Notes: generated from the letters alone by a model not told the origin. A DNA stretch of 64,000 nucleotides from Salpingoeca rosetta (GCA_033442325.1 JAWQFM010000010.1:1168867-1232866), one strand, 5' to 3'; positions 1 through 14,439 are shown, counted from the stretch's first letter. A program made the numbers and translations.

Positions 1-643
<643 letters not shown>

Positions 644-809
644 CCAGGCTCATCACAGCGTAGGAGGACATCTCAATTGTTCGTCAAGACCTCTGTAAGA
701 CTGCGCACACGGCATACCACATGGCGGGGTGTGCGTTCATCGTTTCTGACCTTTTCTTACTCACTGCGACGAAGTGTGGCACTTGCGACCCGTGTCAATG
801 GGTGCCCGT

Positions 810-1423
810 GCGTGTGGGGCGCATCCTGTGTTAGTTTGAGGTGCGTAGTTTTGCCAGTTTTCGTGTTGGACCGCCCACACCGGGGTGCACGCATGCTTGC
901 ACATGGTGCGCCATATGGGGTGGTGCGTGTGTGGTGTGTTTGCGGTTACACCCCGCTCACTGTGACGTGTTCTGCTGCATATGAATGACACTAGGAGGGA
1001 CCTGCGCGTGTGGGGCGCATCCTGTGTTAGTTTGAGGTGCGTAGTTTTGCCAGTTTTCGTGTTGGACCGCCCACACCGGGGTGCACGCATGCTTGCACAT
1101 GGTGCGCCATATGGGGTGGTGCGTGTGTGGTGTGTTTGCGGTTACACCCTGCTCACTGTGACGTGTTCTGCTGCATATGAATGACACTAGGAGGGACCTA
1201 CGTGTGTGGGGCGCATCCTGTGTTAGTTTGAGGTGCGTAGTTTTGCCAGTTTTCGTGTTGGACCGCCCACACCGGGGTGCACGCATGCTTGCACATGGTG
1301 CGCCATATGGGGTGGTGCGTGTGTGGTGTGTTTGCGGTTACACCCCGCTCACTGTGACGTGTTCTGCTGCATATGAATGACACTAGGAGGGACCTGCGCG
1401 TGTGGGGCGCATCCTGTGTTAGT
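810..1423. repeat. Tandem repeat, 196-bp unit, 3 full copies plus a ~26-bp partial copy
   Basis: The unit start GCGTGTGGGGCGCATCCTGTGTTAG recurs at 810, 1006, ~1202 and 1398. Duplicated ORFs at 981/1177 and 761/957 confirm the 196-nt period. Only about 3 substitutions were seen between copies. Confidence 0.95.
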
Positions 1424-1842
1424 CTGAGGATGCACGCGTCTTTGTAGTTCGAGACATGGTTGTTGATGTGGTTGAATAGCAATATAGAAGATCTCGTGCA
1501 GGGAATGTCACACCAAATAAAACCCGCACAGGCGGTTAACAGGGCCCTATTAAGTCACGCACACGCACACACACACGGACGCATACTTTCTCTCTCTCTC
1601 TCTCTCTCCCTCTCTCTTTCTCTCTGTCTCCGTCTGGCCGGGTTGTTGGTTGGTTTACATGAGTTAGAGGTGTCTGCTCAGACACTTTGGGCTTTGGTTG
1701 TTTTGCGGTGTGGCCGACTGGGAAAGGAGCTGATTTGCCAATTGCAGGTGCAATTACAGCCGAATGTGGGCCACCGGGAATGCAGACGCACCCGTTCAGC
1801 TCAAACTGACGGGTTGCGACACGATAAGTTGTAGCAGAGGCT

Positions 1843-1861
1843 GCCGCCATTTTTTGGCGCC
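1843..1861 (+). promoter_or_regulatory. Candidate E2F site (TTTGGCGC) overlapping a YY1-like GCCGCCATTTT motif in the MSH6 promoter
   Basis: GCCGCCATTTTTTGGCGCC lies ~40-60 nt upstream of the MSH6 ATG (1902) and matches the E2F consensus TTTSSCGC. Confidence 0.4.
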
Positions 1862-1901
1862 ACCAAGCAAGACCAGACAGCACGACAGACAGCAGACAGC
1901 G

Positions 1902-1951
1902 ATGGCTGGCAAGCGACAGTCGCAAGGTGTGTATGTGTGTGTGTGTGTGCG

Positions 1952-1991
<40 letters not shown>

Positions 1992-4900
1992 GGTGTTGTT
2001 GTTGGCTGGTACACTGGCCAGCCAGGCCCGTGCGTGCGTGCCTTGCCGTCACCATGGGACCCCTTCTTGCTTGACGCTAGCACTCTCTCCCTCACTCATC
2101 TCATCCCTTGGCTGGATGGCTGGCTGGCTGTTTATTTGTTGGTGGTGTTGCGCAGGCAAATCGCCATTGAAGCAAGGCAGCTTGCTGGGTTTCATCACCC
2201 GCTCGGCAAAGCCATCCGCCAAGTATGCCACGTGGCCTTGTTCTCATTCTGCGTTGTTGTTGGTCTGCATTGCTGCTGCTGCGTCGTTTGCGTTGTTTGC
2301 ACTTGCCCTTTGACTCTGCAGCTCGAGGCGTGGTTGACACACACGCACACACGCACACACGCACACGCACACACACACACACACATACGCACATACACAC
2401 ACGCGCACACACACGCAGGTCGTCGGAGGCGACGCCGTCCAAGACGCCGCCGCCGCTTGGGGCAGAGGCAGTGAAGCGGGAGCTACCAGCCGGCAAGAAG
2501 ACCAAGACACAGCAGCAGCTGTTGCAGACGCAGCCGAGCGAGGCTGGCCAGCAAGCAGAGCCACACCCGTCCAAAAAGGCCAAGAAGATCACCGAGGCGC
2601 GTGGCGCCTCCGACGATGGCAGCGATGGTGACGACAGCGCAATGACAACACCCGCCTCCGTGTGCGACACCGCATCTCAGGAGGCCGAGGCCAGCAGCAC
2701 GACTGCTGCCAAGGCAGAAGCCAAGACAGAAGCCCCCTCTTCACAGCAGAAGGCAAGCCCCGTAACCAAGCGCACCGACCAGGCTGCGCAGGAGAGCGAA
2801 GAGCCCGACCAGACTGAGAAAGACGAAGACAAGGAGGAAGAAGAGGAGGAGGAGGAAGAGGAGGAGCAGGTCATGTACACGAGCCGTGGGCGCCGCGTGC
2901 GTCGGGTGGTCAAGTACTTTGACAGCGATGATGAGTCTGCGAGCAGCGATGACGAGGAGCAAGAAGCCGTGCGACGTGCACTGCGCACCCGTCGCAAGGG
3001 CGGCGCACAGCAGCAGCAGAAGCAGCAGAAGCAGCAGAAGTTGAAGAAGAATCAGACAAAGGGCGGTGGCAAGGGCAGACGGCGCGTGGCACGCATGGTC
3101 AACTCTGACGATGACGACGACTCTGAGTCTGACGAGTACGTGCCGGACGATGCAGATGAGGCCATCATGGACGAGGACGATGACGACGAGCAGGAGATGA
3201 TGCAGACGGCGCGCGTCATCCAGGAGGACGAGGAGCCTGCCGTGGAGGAACCCGAGTCCGACATTCTAAACGAGGATGACGAAGAGGAGGATGTCCCAAC
3301 ACCAAGAAAGAAGCGCAGCAAGCGCACACCAAGCAAGGTGGGCCTTACCGTGCATTTTATTGCATGCGTATATGCGTGCACTGCATGTGCGGGCTTTGAA
3401 CGCAATGTCTGTTAACCGTGACTTGTGTTTGCTGGTTGCGTGATGTGGCATGGTTTTTGAAGCAACTGCCATTGTTCACCACCGCCACCATCGTTATAAT
3501 CACCACCTTTACAATCATCCCCACCACCACCACCACCACTTTTCACGTTCATGGCTGTGATCTTTTTTCATCCTCACGCCTGCAGGCGTCTTCATCACCC
3601 AGCCGCAGCAACAGCAGCAGCGGTGGTGGTGGTGGCGGCGGCGGTGGGCTCACGAGCGCCAGCGGGCTGTCGTTTGGAAGCATTCCCACCGCAGGGAAGA
3701 AGCAAGGCAGCAGCAACGGCAGCCCAGAGCGGTACGCGTGGCTTGCACGTCCGCGCGACAAGAACAAGCGGACTGAGGGGCATCCAGAGTTTGACCCAAC
3801 CTCCTTGTACATCCCACCGTCTGGCTGGGCGAAGATGACACCGTTTGAGAAGCAGTATTGGGACATCAAGCAGCACCACTGGAACACAATCCTCTTCTTC
3901 AAAAAGGGGAAGTTCTATGAGCTGTACGAGCGAGACGCCGAGATTGGCAACCGCGAGTTCCAGCTCAAGATGACAGATCGTGTCAACATGTGCATGGCTG
4001 GTGTCCCTGAGATCACGTTCCCAGACTGGGCTGCCCGCTTCCTGGCCAAAGGGTACAAGGTTGCACGCGTGGACGAGCGAGAGAACGCCATTGCAAAGAA
4101 AATGCGCGAGACAAAGACCGGGAAGAAAGGTACGGCAACGTTGCCCGGGGGGTGGTGGTGTGTAAGCATGTGTGTGTGTGTGTGCTTGTGTGTGTTTGTG
4201 TGTGTGCTTGTGTGTGTGTGCTTGTGTGTGTTTGTGTGTGTGTGTGACAGTGTGTGTGTGTGTGTGTGTGTGACAGTGTGTATGTGTGTGTATGTGTGTG
4301 GCAGCCGTGCCCGGCGATGCCAGCAAGAGTGCGCCTTGGCGATGTGCGTATGCGACCTTCACGCTGTACAGCTGCGTTGCTGCTTCGTCCTCACCCCCCC
4401 CCCCAAACTCCACCCAACTGCGTGCTCTCCAGGCCCCAAGATCATTGAGCGGAAGTTGAGTGCGGTGTACACGCAGGGCACCCTCATGGGCGATTTTGTC
4501 ATCGGAGACATGTCAAACTTCATCATGGCAATCAAGGTGCGTGCGTGCGCAATGTATCTTGCAATTGGTTGCGCGAGCGATTGTTTTTGCTCGTTTGCAC
4601 ATGTACACATTGTCCGTGCGTGTGTGTTCGTTGAATGTGCCGCCAGAAGCGATGTTGTTCTTGCGTGTACCGAAAGCTCACGCTCGGCTCTCCGGTGTTT
4701 CATCATGGCAGGAGGATGAGGACACCCGCACGTACGGCGTGTGCTTTGCCGACACAGGTATGCAGCCTTCATGGCACACCAAGCTGTCGTCGCATTGCCG
4801 CGTCCTGTGCCCTCGCTTCTCTCTCTCCCCCCCTCTCTCTCTCTCTGTGCATCCCTGCGGGCATGACTGTCTTCTCTCCCATTTTCCTCTCCTTCAACTG

Positions 4901-5602
4901 CCACGTCTGATATCCTATCCTCTCTTTTCACGCAATCTCAGCCGCAACCGCCGCACCTTGCCACCTCTTTTCAATTGCACATCGCTCACAATCGCCCCTC
5001 CCCCCTCCAACTCCCTCCAACCCGTCCTTGGTCCATGTCATCCATCACTTGCGTGGTGTAGCAACTGCGGAGTTCAACGTGTGTCATTTTGTGGACGATG
5101 CTGCCCGCACCGCATTCGAAACGCTCATTGTACAGGTCATGCCCAAGGAATTGGTCCTCCCGAAGAAAAGCCTGTCCAAGGTGCGTGTGAGGTGTTTGAG
5201 TGAAAGGCCTTGCTTGGTTGGGGGAGAGGGGAGGGGTACAAAGGGAGGGAGGAGGTTCGCTGTGTTCATGATTCATGCGTGTCTTGTCTTGGGGCCTGCG
5301 TTGACAAATATCTCATCGCACACACACACACACACACACCCTCACACACACACACCTCACACACACACACACACACCTACACACACACACACACACCACA
5401 CCACACACACACACACACGACACCACACCACCACANNNNNNNNNNNNNNNNNNNNNNNNNNNNNNNNNNNNNNNNNNNNNNNNNNNNNNNNNNNNNNNNN
5501 NNNNNNNNNNNNNNNNNNNNNNNNNNNNNNNNNNNGGCGAACGTTGGTGGCAGCATCTTCAACTGGCTCGACCCAAACACAGAGGTGACACCCCCACACC
5601 CC

Positions 5603-5661
<59 letters not shown>

Positions 5662-5741
5662 CCACACAGACAGACAGACAGACACACACACACACACAGA
5701 CGCACACACACACAGACGCACACACACACAGACAGACAGAC

Positions 5742-5776
<35 letters not shown>

Positions 5777-6328
5777 CAAATACACAGCACACACCGCAAA
5801 CACACGCTGCGCACTGAGTGTGTGCGTGCTCCTGTGAGCCATGTGTTTCTCTGTCTTTCTCTCCCTTCTCATCTCTGCTCCAAATACATGTGTGCTGTCC
5901 ACTGCCAGTTTTGGTCATCGCAAATGACCATCGACAACCTGGAGAAGGGTACGCGTGCACGTGCAAGTGTTGATGCATGTTCGTGTGTTTGACATCTTGG
6001 CTGTGCGTATCATGAATGATGCAAGCATGGCAACTCACACTTGTCTTCCATTGTGTTTGTTGGTTTGTATGGGGCAGGCCGCTATTTCACAGCGAAAGCA
6101 GAGAAAGACAACAACAGCGACGAGCCCACAGCATGGTGCCTTTGCACACACACACACATTCACACAACTTGTTCTCACATACATGCACACTTGTTCTCAC
6201 ATACGCACACACTTGTTCTCACATACACACTCATTCACACGTATTCCCACACGCGCATGTTGCACGCGTTTTCGTCGTGCGTGCATCTGTTTATCTCCTG
6301 ACACGACTATCACTGACACCCCGCCCCC

Positions 6329-6394
<66 letters not shown>

Positions 6395-8269
6395 AATGCC
6401 GCTGTGTAGGCCTGAGCGCTTGCGTGCGTTTCTGAGCAAAGACGAGGCCATGTCTGCGCTGGGAGGCCTGGTGTCCTATTTCAAGACGCTGCTCTTAGAT
6501 AAGAGCCTGTTGTCGCAGGGCACGTTTTTCTCGTATGACCCGCTCCACCACGGCGCAACACTCGTCATTGATGGACAGGTGAGCGAGGACAAGGATACCT
6601 CTTACACATTCCGAAGAAAGAGAACAGGGGAGGCGATGGTGATTTGAGACAGGTGGTGGTGCAGGAGAGTGTTGGGTGATCGAGGACGAGGAGGAGGAGG
6701 AAGCTGATATGTATGCCACGTGCACCTACATTTGGCAAATGCCCCCGCTCACGGCCCAATCCCTCATGCGCACGCTCGCGCTCAACATGACCACCGCCGT
6801 GCCGTGCACACATCGCCGTGTGTGCATCACCAGACGCTGCAAAACCTGGACGTGCTGTGTAACATGCAGGACGGCACCACGTCCGGCTCTCTTCTCGAGC
6901 TCCTCTGCCAATGCCACACCGCTTTCGGAAAACGCATGGTACTGTATCTGGCGCGCACGCGGCAGTGTGCATGCCTTTTGTTGTGTGTGTGCATGTGTGC
7001 GTGCGTGCGTGCTGTTTTGTGCTTGCATGCGGTTGTGTGTGTGTGTGCGTGCGAAAGGCGATTGCTTTTCGGGCTGTGACGTTTTGGCATGAGTTGACTT
7101 GCCCACGCCCACACCCACGTCCATACATACATACATACAAACATACATACACACATACATACATACATACATACATACAAACATACATACATACATACAT
7201 ACATACATACATACATACATACATACATACATACATACATACATACATACATACATACATACATACATACATACATACAGACAGACAGACAGACACACAC
7301 ATACATGCATACATACATACATACATACATACATACATACATACATACATACATACATACATACATACATACATACATACATACACCTTACACACCCACT
7401 TCTGTCGCCCCCCCCCCTACAGTTCCGGCGATGGCTGTGCCATCCTCTTCGTCGCGTGAATGACATCACAGAGCGCCAGAATGCGGTTGTGGACCTGACA
7501 GAGCACGTGGACCTCCGTGACGCTCTCTCGTCCATGCTCAAAGTGAGCAACGAGACAAGGGCGGCTGATCCATGTCAGGCTGCCACTGAGTTGGCCGTTG
7601 CTGTTGCTGTAGCACTTAAGTCGTCTAGCCACCATCATTCGCGTCACTCGCGTCATTCGCAGCATTCGCGTCACTCGCGTCACTCCCTTCACTTGTATGA
7701 CTTGCATCCACCCACCACCACCACCACAACAACAACCATTCACCACGTTCACGATAATCGCCGCCACAACCACCACCCCATCCTTCCACCACCAGCCACT
7801 GCCGGATCTTGAGCGTCTCCTCTCGCGTGTGCACGTCGGAAACTGCAAGCTCTCCGATCTCATTTCGCTTCTGGACGCATTTGACGCCGTGAGTGGCCAG
7901 GACGAGGGCTGTGTGCATGTGTTTGTGTGGTGGCGTTGTGTGTGCGTGTGTGCGTGTGTTTGCGTGCATGTGCATGTGTATGTGAATGTGTACATGTCCG
8001 TGTTTGTGTGTGATGACGTGTACATGTCCGTGTTTGTGTGTGAACCATCCTATCCGTTTGCACATCTATACTGAGATCATGCATTCACACACGTACACGC
8101 ACGCACACGTGTATTTGACAGGTGACGGCGTGCATGGAAGACATTGACAAGATTGCTGCTGGATGCAGCTTTCAATCTCAGCACTTGCAAAAGCTGACAA
8201 AGGCAAGTGTAGCCGTGCACCATATCATCTGTGCGTATATGATCATGCGTCGCAAGACGTTGTGCTCAC

Positions 8270-8320
<51 letters not shown>

Positions 8321-9038
8321 GCACACACACACACACGTCAGGTTGGATCGCTGTTTCCGAATCTGAAGGCGGAGCTGAAGGCCATTGCGAACATCTTTGA
8401 TCGTCAAGAGGCAAAGGCCACAGGTGCGTACGCGTGTGCCTGTTTTGCTTACGTACGTGCGTGCGTGCATGTGTTTGCGTATGTGTGTGTTGCAATGTAT
8501 TCCTGCGTTTGACGAAAGTGCTCGCCCTCAGTCTCAGCCACTCTCACGTGTGTGTGTGTGCGCGTGTGTGTGTGCGTGTGTGTGTGTGTGCGTGTGTGTG
8601 TGCGTGTGTGCGTGTGTGCAGACAAGCTGACGCCAAAGCCTGGGGCGCTGCCGGAATACGACGTGGCTGTGGATCAAATGCAGTCCATTGAGAAGGTGTC
8701 GAGACAGCACTGTCAACAGTACTGTCATTTCTGCTTGCTCGCTGATTCGCCAACCAAAATGGATGCGACGTTACATCTACACACGTGACGCCTTGCGAGA
8801 GACACACGCACACATATTGTCCCCACGCCGCTTCCACCCGCACCGCCATTCACACTGCCATTCACACTGCCATGTACTGCCTCACCAAACACCCAAACAC
8901 CGACACATCCATCTGCAATCAGCGTCTCAACGAGCATCTTGCGAACGTTCGCCGCGAGTTTGGCGCCGGGAAAGCAATTTCCTTCTGGCAGCCGAGCGCA
9001 GGGAGAGAACGTTACCAGATCCAGGTGCGCGTGGCAAT

Positions 9039-9122
<84 letters not shown>

Positions 9123-9376
9123 CCGTTGTATTGAGTTGAAGTGAGTGACTGTGTGTGCTGCAGTAATGTGGTATGACACTGTACATGTACGCAAACTTTG
9201 AAGTGCGCCTGCCACATTGTTCACACGGGTATCAATGCCTCATGTGCATCATCATCACTACATCATCACTACATCATCACCACTACATCCTGCAGGTCCC
9301 CGTGTCCATGCAGAAGAAAGTCCCAAGCTCGTGGAAGCTCATGTCTTCAACCAAGGTGCGCACACCCCTTGTGCTC

Positions 9377-9424
<48 letters not shown>

Positions 9425-12167
9425 TGATGTGCCGGTGCATTCGTGTATTTGCATGCTCATTGCCTGGAGAGGCGTGCCCCCCTGTTCAAGACTGTACACA
9501 ACCCATCGTGCCACCTCCTATCTCACATACCGCACATGCGTGTGCAATTGCAGGCGAACAAGCGCTATCACAGCCCGGAGGCCGTACGTCTTGTCGCCAA
9601 GTGGCTCGAGGCTGAGGAAACCATCTCACAGGTGCGTGTGTATAGATGCGTGCGTGCGTGACTGAGTGTGTGCACGAGCGTGAGTGAGTGTATGCACGAG
9701 CGTGTTTGTGCTTGTGTTTGTGCTTGTGTGTGTGCGTGTGTGTGCGTGTGTGTGCGTGTGTGTGCGTGTGTGATCATCGTTTTGGCGTGCATCCATCTCA
9801 TGTCTTGTCTGCCAGCTCACATCACCATGAAACCCATCCTGCGTCAACAATGTGCAGTTTCTGAAGACGTTCTTCTCACGCGTCCTCAACTCCATCAACG
9901 AGCACCGCGAGGTATGCACATACGCATGCACCACCTTGATTCGTCTTGCACCCGCCACCGACACTACCTGTGCCTATCTCATTCTCCTCCACCTATCTCA
10001 TTCCTCTCCACCTTTCTCTCTTTTCCTTGTTCTGTCTGTCTGTCTGTCTGTCTCCTCCTCTTTTCTTTCCTGCGCTGCAGAAATTTGGCGCCGCGGTGTC
10101 TGCGTTGTCGCAGCTCGACTGTCTGCTGTCGCTTTACCGCGCAAAGGACAGCATGGGGTCGCCAATGTGCCGGCCCGTGTTTGTCAGCAGTGGCGATGGC
10201 AATGATGGCGATGATGGGAAGAGCACAGACACCACAACAGCAGCAGCGACAACAACAGCAGCAGCAGCAGCAGCAAGCGGCGACAAGGCGTCGCGTGCGG
10301 TGTTGGACTTGCGCGAAATGCGACACCCAACACTGCAGCACTCCAGCAGCATCACAGACTACATTCCAAACGACACCCACCTCGGTGGGGAGGAGGCCAC
10401 GACGATGGTGCTCACTGGCCCCAATATGGGCGGTAAATCCACGCTTCTGCGGCAGACGTGCATCGCTGTCATCATGGCGCAGCTCGGCTGCTGGGTGCCA
10501 GGTGCGTGCAGCATGAGGGTGGCGTGTTCTTGCATGTGTTGACGTAGCGAGTGTGATGTGTGAGGCGCATGTGTTGTTGCTGCTGTTGTCTGTACATGCA
10601 TGAGGTCGGGGTTAGTATTGCGTGATGATGTGCTTGCACTCACCTGAACACACACGCCCACATCCAACCACCCACCCATCCCCCCCACACCCACACACAC
10701 CGCACGCAGCGGAGTCGTTTACGCTGACGCCGGTTGATCGCATCTTCACGCGCATCGGCGCAAACGACAACATCGTTGCCGGCCGCTCCACTTTCATGGT
10801 TCGTTTGACACGTTGGCCTGTACGCCCACGTACACATCGTTCACACACTGAGTAAGCGCGCGCAGGCACACACACACACTCTCTCACTCTCACTCCCCGA
10901 TTCACCCAAACACACCCGCTCACTGTGTCATTCACTCTCTCACACACACAGGTTGAGTTGAAAGAGACTGCGACGATCCTGAACAAGGCAACGTCATCCT
11001 CCCTTGTCATCTTGGATGAGCTGGGGCGTGGCACCAGCACGTTTGATGGCTACGCGATTGCGTTTGCTGTCCTCTCCCACATCACTGACGCAATCAGGTG
11101 TGTGTGGGGGTGTGTGTGGGCAGCGCATGCGTGTGGGTGACTGTGTGTGTATCGACATTGCACTTGTTTCAACACAGTGACCAACCATACTCGACCTCGG
11201 AGTGACAGTCCCCTTCCTTTCACACACACACACACACACACACAAACAACACACACACACATGCGCTGCGTTTGGCAGGTGTCGTTGCATGTTTGCAACG
11301 CACTATCACCTGTTGACGGACGAGCTGAAGACAAACCCAAATGTCACCAACTACAACATGGCCTGTGTTGTTGACGACCACCAGGTTCTGTACATGTGTG
11401 TGTGTGTGTGTGCGCGTATTCGCGCGTGCATTATGCGTGTGGATGCGTTTGTGTGTGGATGCGTTTGTCTGTTGACTCTTCAGTGTTGTAGTTGCCGTGT
11501 CTGTCTGTCTTTCCCTGGAAGACTCGTGGAACCTTCCACGTTGAGCCCATCTCAACTGTCAGCTCATGATCGCACACGCACACGCCACTGTGCACCGATG
11601 CTTGCATTCAAGCAGAAGGACGTGACGTTCCTTTACAAGCTGCAGCCTGGCGTTTGCTCCAAGAGCTACGGCATGAATGTTGCACACATGGCTGGCGTCA
11701 TGGTGAGCGCATGCATGGATTTGCCTGGCTAGACGTGCCATGCGTGTGTGAGTTTGAATGTGTGTGTGTGTATTTGAATATGTGTGTATTTGAATGTGAG
11801 TAAGTGAGCAAGCGAATGTCAGTGAGTGAGTGAATGAGTGAGAGGGTGAGTAAGTGCGCGGTTACCTCCCCCGTTTTTCTTGTCCACTCATCATCCCCCC
11901 ACCACCCACTACGCTGCACAGGACTCGATTGTTGAGACGGCCAAGGAGAAGGCGGTGCAGTACGAAGCGACGTCGCGGTTTGGAAAGCTGCAGGACCGCA
12001 AGGCAAAGCAGGTTGGCTTGATGGGCAGAGTTTGGGGGGGGGAGTGGAGTGCGTGTGTGTGTGTGTGGGGGGGGGGCTATGGTTGCTGAGGGGAGACCGA
12101 GACGGGACAAGTGCATCGCAGCAATGTGTTAGGGGAAGGAGGGAGAGAGATACACACACAGACAGAC

Positions 12168-12209
<42 letters not shown>

Positions 12210-12230
12210 GGACAGACAGACAGACAGGCA

Positions 12231-12321
<91 letters not shown>

Positions 12322-12585
12322 ACACACAGACACACACCCTTTCACTCGTTCACTCCCCTACCCCCTCTCACCCACTCCCCCCTCCCAACCCAGCTGGCGC
12401 TTCTTCGGTTTGTGGAGACGGTGACAGCGCTGACGAGCGACGATGGCGATAATGGTGATCAGCAGCCGAGGCCGCAGGAGCGGGTAGAGCGGTTTAAGGA
12501 GGCGGTGGCAACGCTCAAGCCCATCTTGGACAAGCTGCAGCGCGCGTCACCAGCAACGCCAACACAGACAGACCCGATGCAGTGA
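1902..12585 (+). CDS. MSH6: DNA mismatch repair protein MSH6 (MutS-alpha subunit), multi-exon
   Basis: N-terminal PCNA PIP box QGSLLGFI (2173-2196) and an acidic disordered N-terminus. Mismatch-binding region DPTSLYIP...[11 protein letters not shown]...[15 protein letters not shown]. Further motifs: [25 protein letters not shown], Walker [27 protein letters not shown]...STFMVEL, Walker [42 protein letters not shown]. Stop TGA at 12583-12585. Confidence 0.97.
5436..5535. other. Assembly gap (100 N) inside MSH6; may hide part of an exon
   Basis: Run of N between a CA repeat and coding-like sequence [16 protein letters not shown]. Confidence 0.99.
7123..7385. repeat. (ATAC)n tetranucleotide microsatellite in an MSH6 intron
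   Basis: Directly visible. Confidence 0.95.
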
Positions 12586-12925
12586 TGGACCGCCCTTGCT
12601 GTGTCACGTGACATGATGTGCATGATGTGATGTGATTTGAGATGTGACGTTGTGTGGCTATCTGGTTGAACCACCCGCGTTTGGTTGGTGCGCAGCCGTT
12701 ATGCCGGCGTTGCTGAAGACAGTGATGTTATGCCTGTGTGTTGAAGGTGCTGGCGTTCTCCTTTATTTCCGTTGCCCTCTGTGTCCTTCCCGTGTGTTAC
12801 GGTGCAATGCTCCTCAACCAAGCAGCACACAGTAGAAGAAGTAGTAGACACAACCAGCATCAGCACAGCAGTTGCATCTTTCTCTCGACACTGCTTCCTC
12901 ACCACCACACTGGACAATATCAACC

Positions 12926-13398
12926 ATGCTGGCAATGGCCTGTGTTGCGGGAGCGCGAACAGCGCAGATGGCTGCGCGCAGTGTTGTGAGCACTCGTTTG
13001 GCTGGACGTCCGCTGGCGAGGTGGCTCTCCTCGTCCTCGACGCGGGCCGCTGGTGTCGAGCCCGTGCGCGCGTTTGAGGTGCCGTGCGGACAGCTGAGCG
13101 TCACGATGCTGCCGGCACTGCAGGACAACTACATGTTCTTGCTCACACACAAGGACAACCCTGGACAGGCGGTTGCCGTGGACAGCGGTGATGCGCACAT
13201 GCACCTCGAGTATTGCAAGGAACATGGCCTGGACATCACCCACTTGCTGACGACACACCACCACTATGACCACTGCGACGGCAACACTGCGCTCGCCGCC
13301 ACCTTCCTCAACATGCCCATCGTTGGCGGCGATGAACGCATTCCCAAGCTCACCCACCTCGCCAAGCACGGCAAGGCCTTCAAGGTGTGTGTGTGTGT

Positions 13399-13437
<39 letters not shown>

Positions 13438-14439
13438 GTGTACCAGCGGGCCTCAGTGTGCGCGCGCGCGTGTGTTGTGTGTGCCAGCGCGCCTCAGTGT
13501 GTCTATGGCTGTGTGTTCACCTCGGACCTTCGAGTTGTAACCGCCTGTCACCTCGCATCCCTGTTGTTCGTGGTGGCTTGTCATGCCTGCTGCAGCTGTT
13601 CAACAGCACGACGACAGCTCGCGTCATCCGTGCGTCAGGGCATACCGTGGGCCAGGTCGCCTTCTTCATCGAAGCGCCAGATGCCACGCCACTTCTCTTC
13701 TCCGTGAGTTCGCAGCCATGTTCGCTGCATCGCCAAAGACGCCCACGCTTCACCCTCTGTCCACCCACCCTTCCCAAACGACAACAATCCCCCTCCCCCT
13801 TGCCCTCTTCCCCTTCCTGCCCACTTGCTCACTCACCCCTCAACCCCCACTCCACCACTCCCCTGACCAACAGGGCGACTCGATGTTCTCCGCTGGCTGC
13901 GGTCGCCTCTTTGAAGGCACACCGGATATGATGTTCCAGACCATGCTCCGCTTCCGTGAACTCCCGCCCAACACCCTCCTCTTCCCAGGTGTGCGTGCGT
14001 GTGCGCGTGTATGTATGTGCGTGTGTGTGTGTATGTGCATATGTGCGTATGTGCGGGTATGTATGTGCGTGTGTGTGCGTGTTCACGCTTGTGATAAGGA
14101 GAGCTCGCACGTTCACGCTCACACGCCACCGACTCAATCCCTCCCCCCCATACACGTCCCTTCCAACCCTCCACCCTGCCTTCATTCCATCCTGCAGGCC
14201 ACGAGTACACGGTGTCCAACCTGAAGTTTGCGCTGGCGTACGCGGAGGAGCACAGGAGCAGCAGCCCATGCAGCGCTGAAGCTGTTCAGGCGCAGCTGCA
14301 GCGTGCACTCAACCTCCGTGAGAAGGGCCAGCCCACCGTGCCGACAACACTGGCACAGGAGCGCACCTTCAACCCGTTCTTTGCAGCTCGAAGCGCCGAC
14401 GAGCTTGCTGCCATTCGCGCAGCCAAAGACAGCTTCTAA
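12926..14439 (+). CDS. HAGH: Hydroxyacylglutathione hydrolase (glyoxalase II), probably mitochondrial; 4 exons
   Basis: LPALQDNYMFLL, metallo-beta-lactamase motif LTTHHHYDH, GHTVGQV, LFSGDSMFSAGCGRLFEGT, LFPGHEYTVSNLKFA, PTVPTTLAQERTFNPF, C-terminal RAAKDSF*. The N-terminus is Arg/Ala/Ser-rich like a presequence. Confidence 0.95.

Noticed and set aside
810-1423. CRISPR array, coding repeat or snoRNA cluster
   Set aside because: There are no unique spacers, the 196-nt period is not a multiple of 3, and no convincing C/D or H/ACA boxes were found.
1520-1555. Helitron 3' end or piggyBac terminus
   Set aside because: The hairpin is only 4 bp and is followed by CTAT rather than CTRR; no matching second end or transposase lies in the window.
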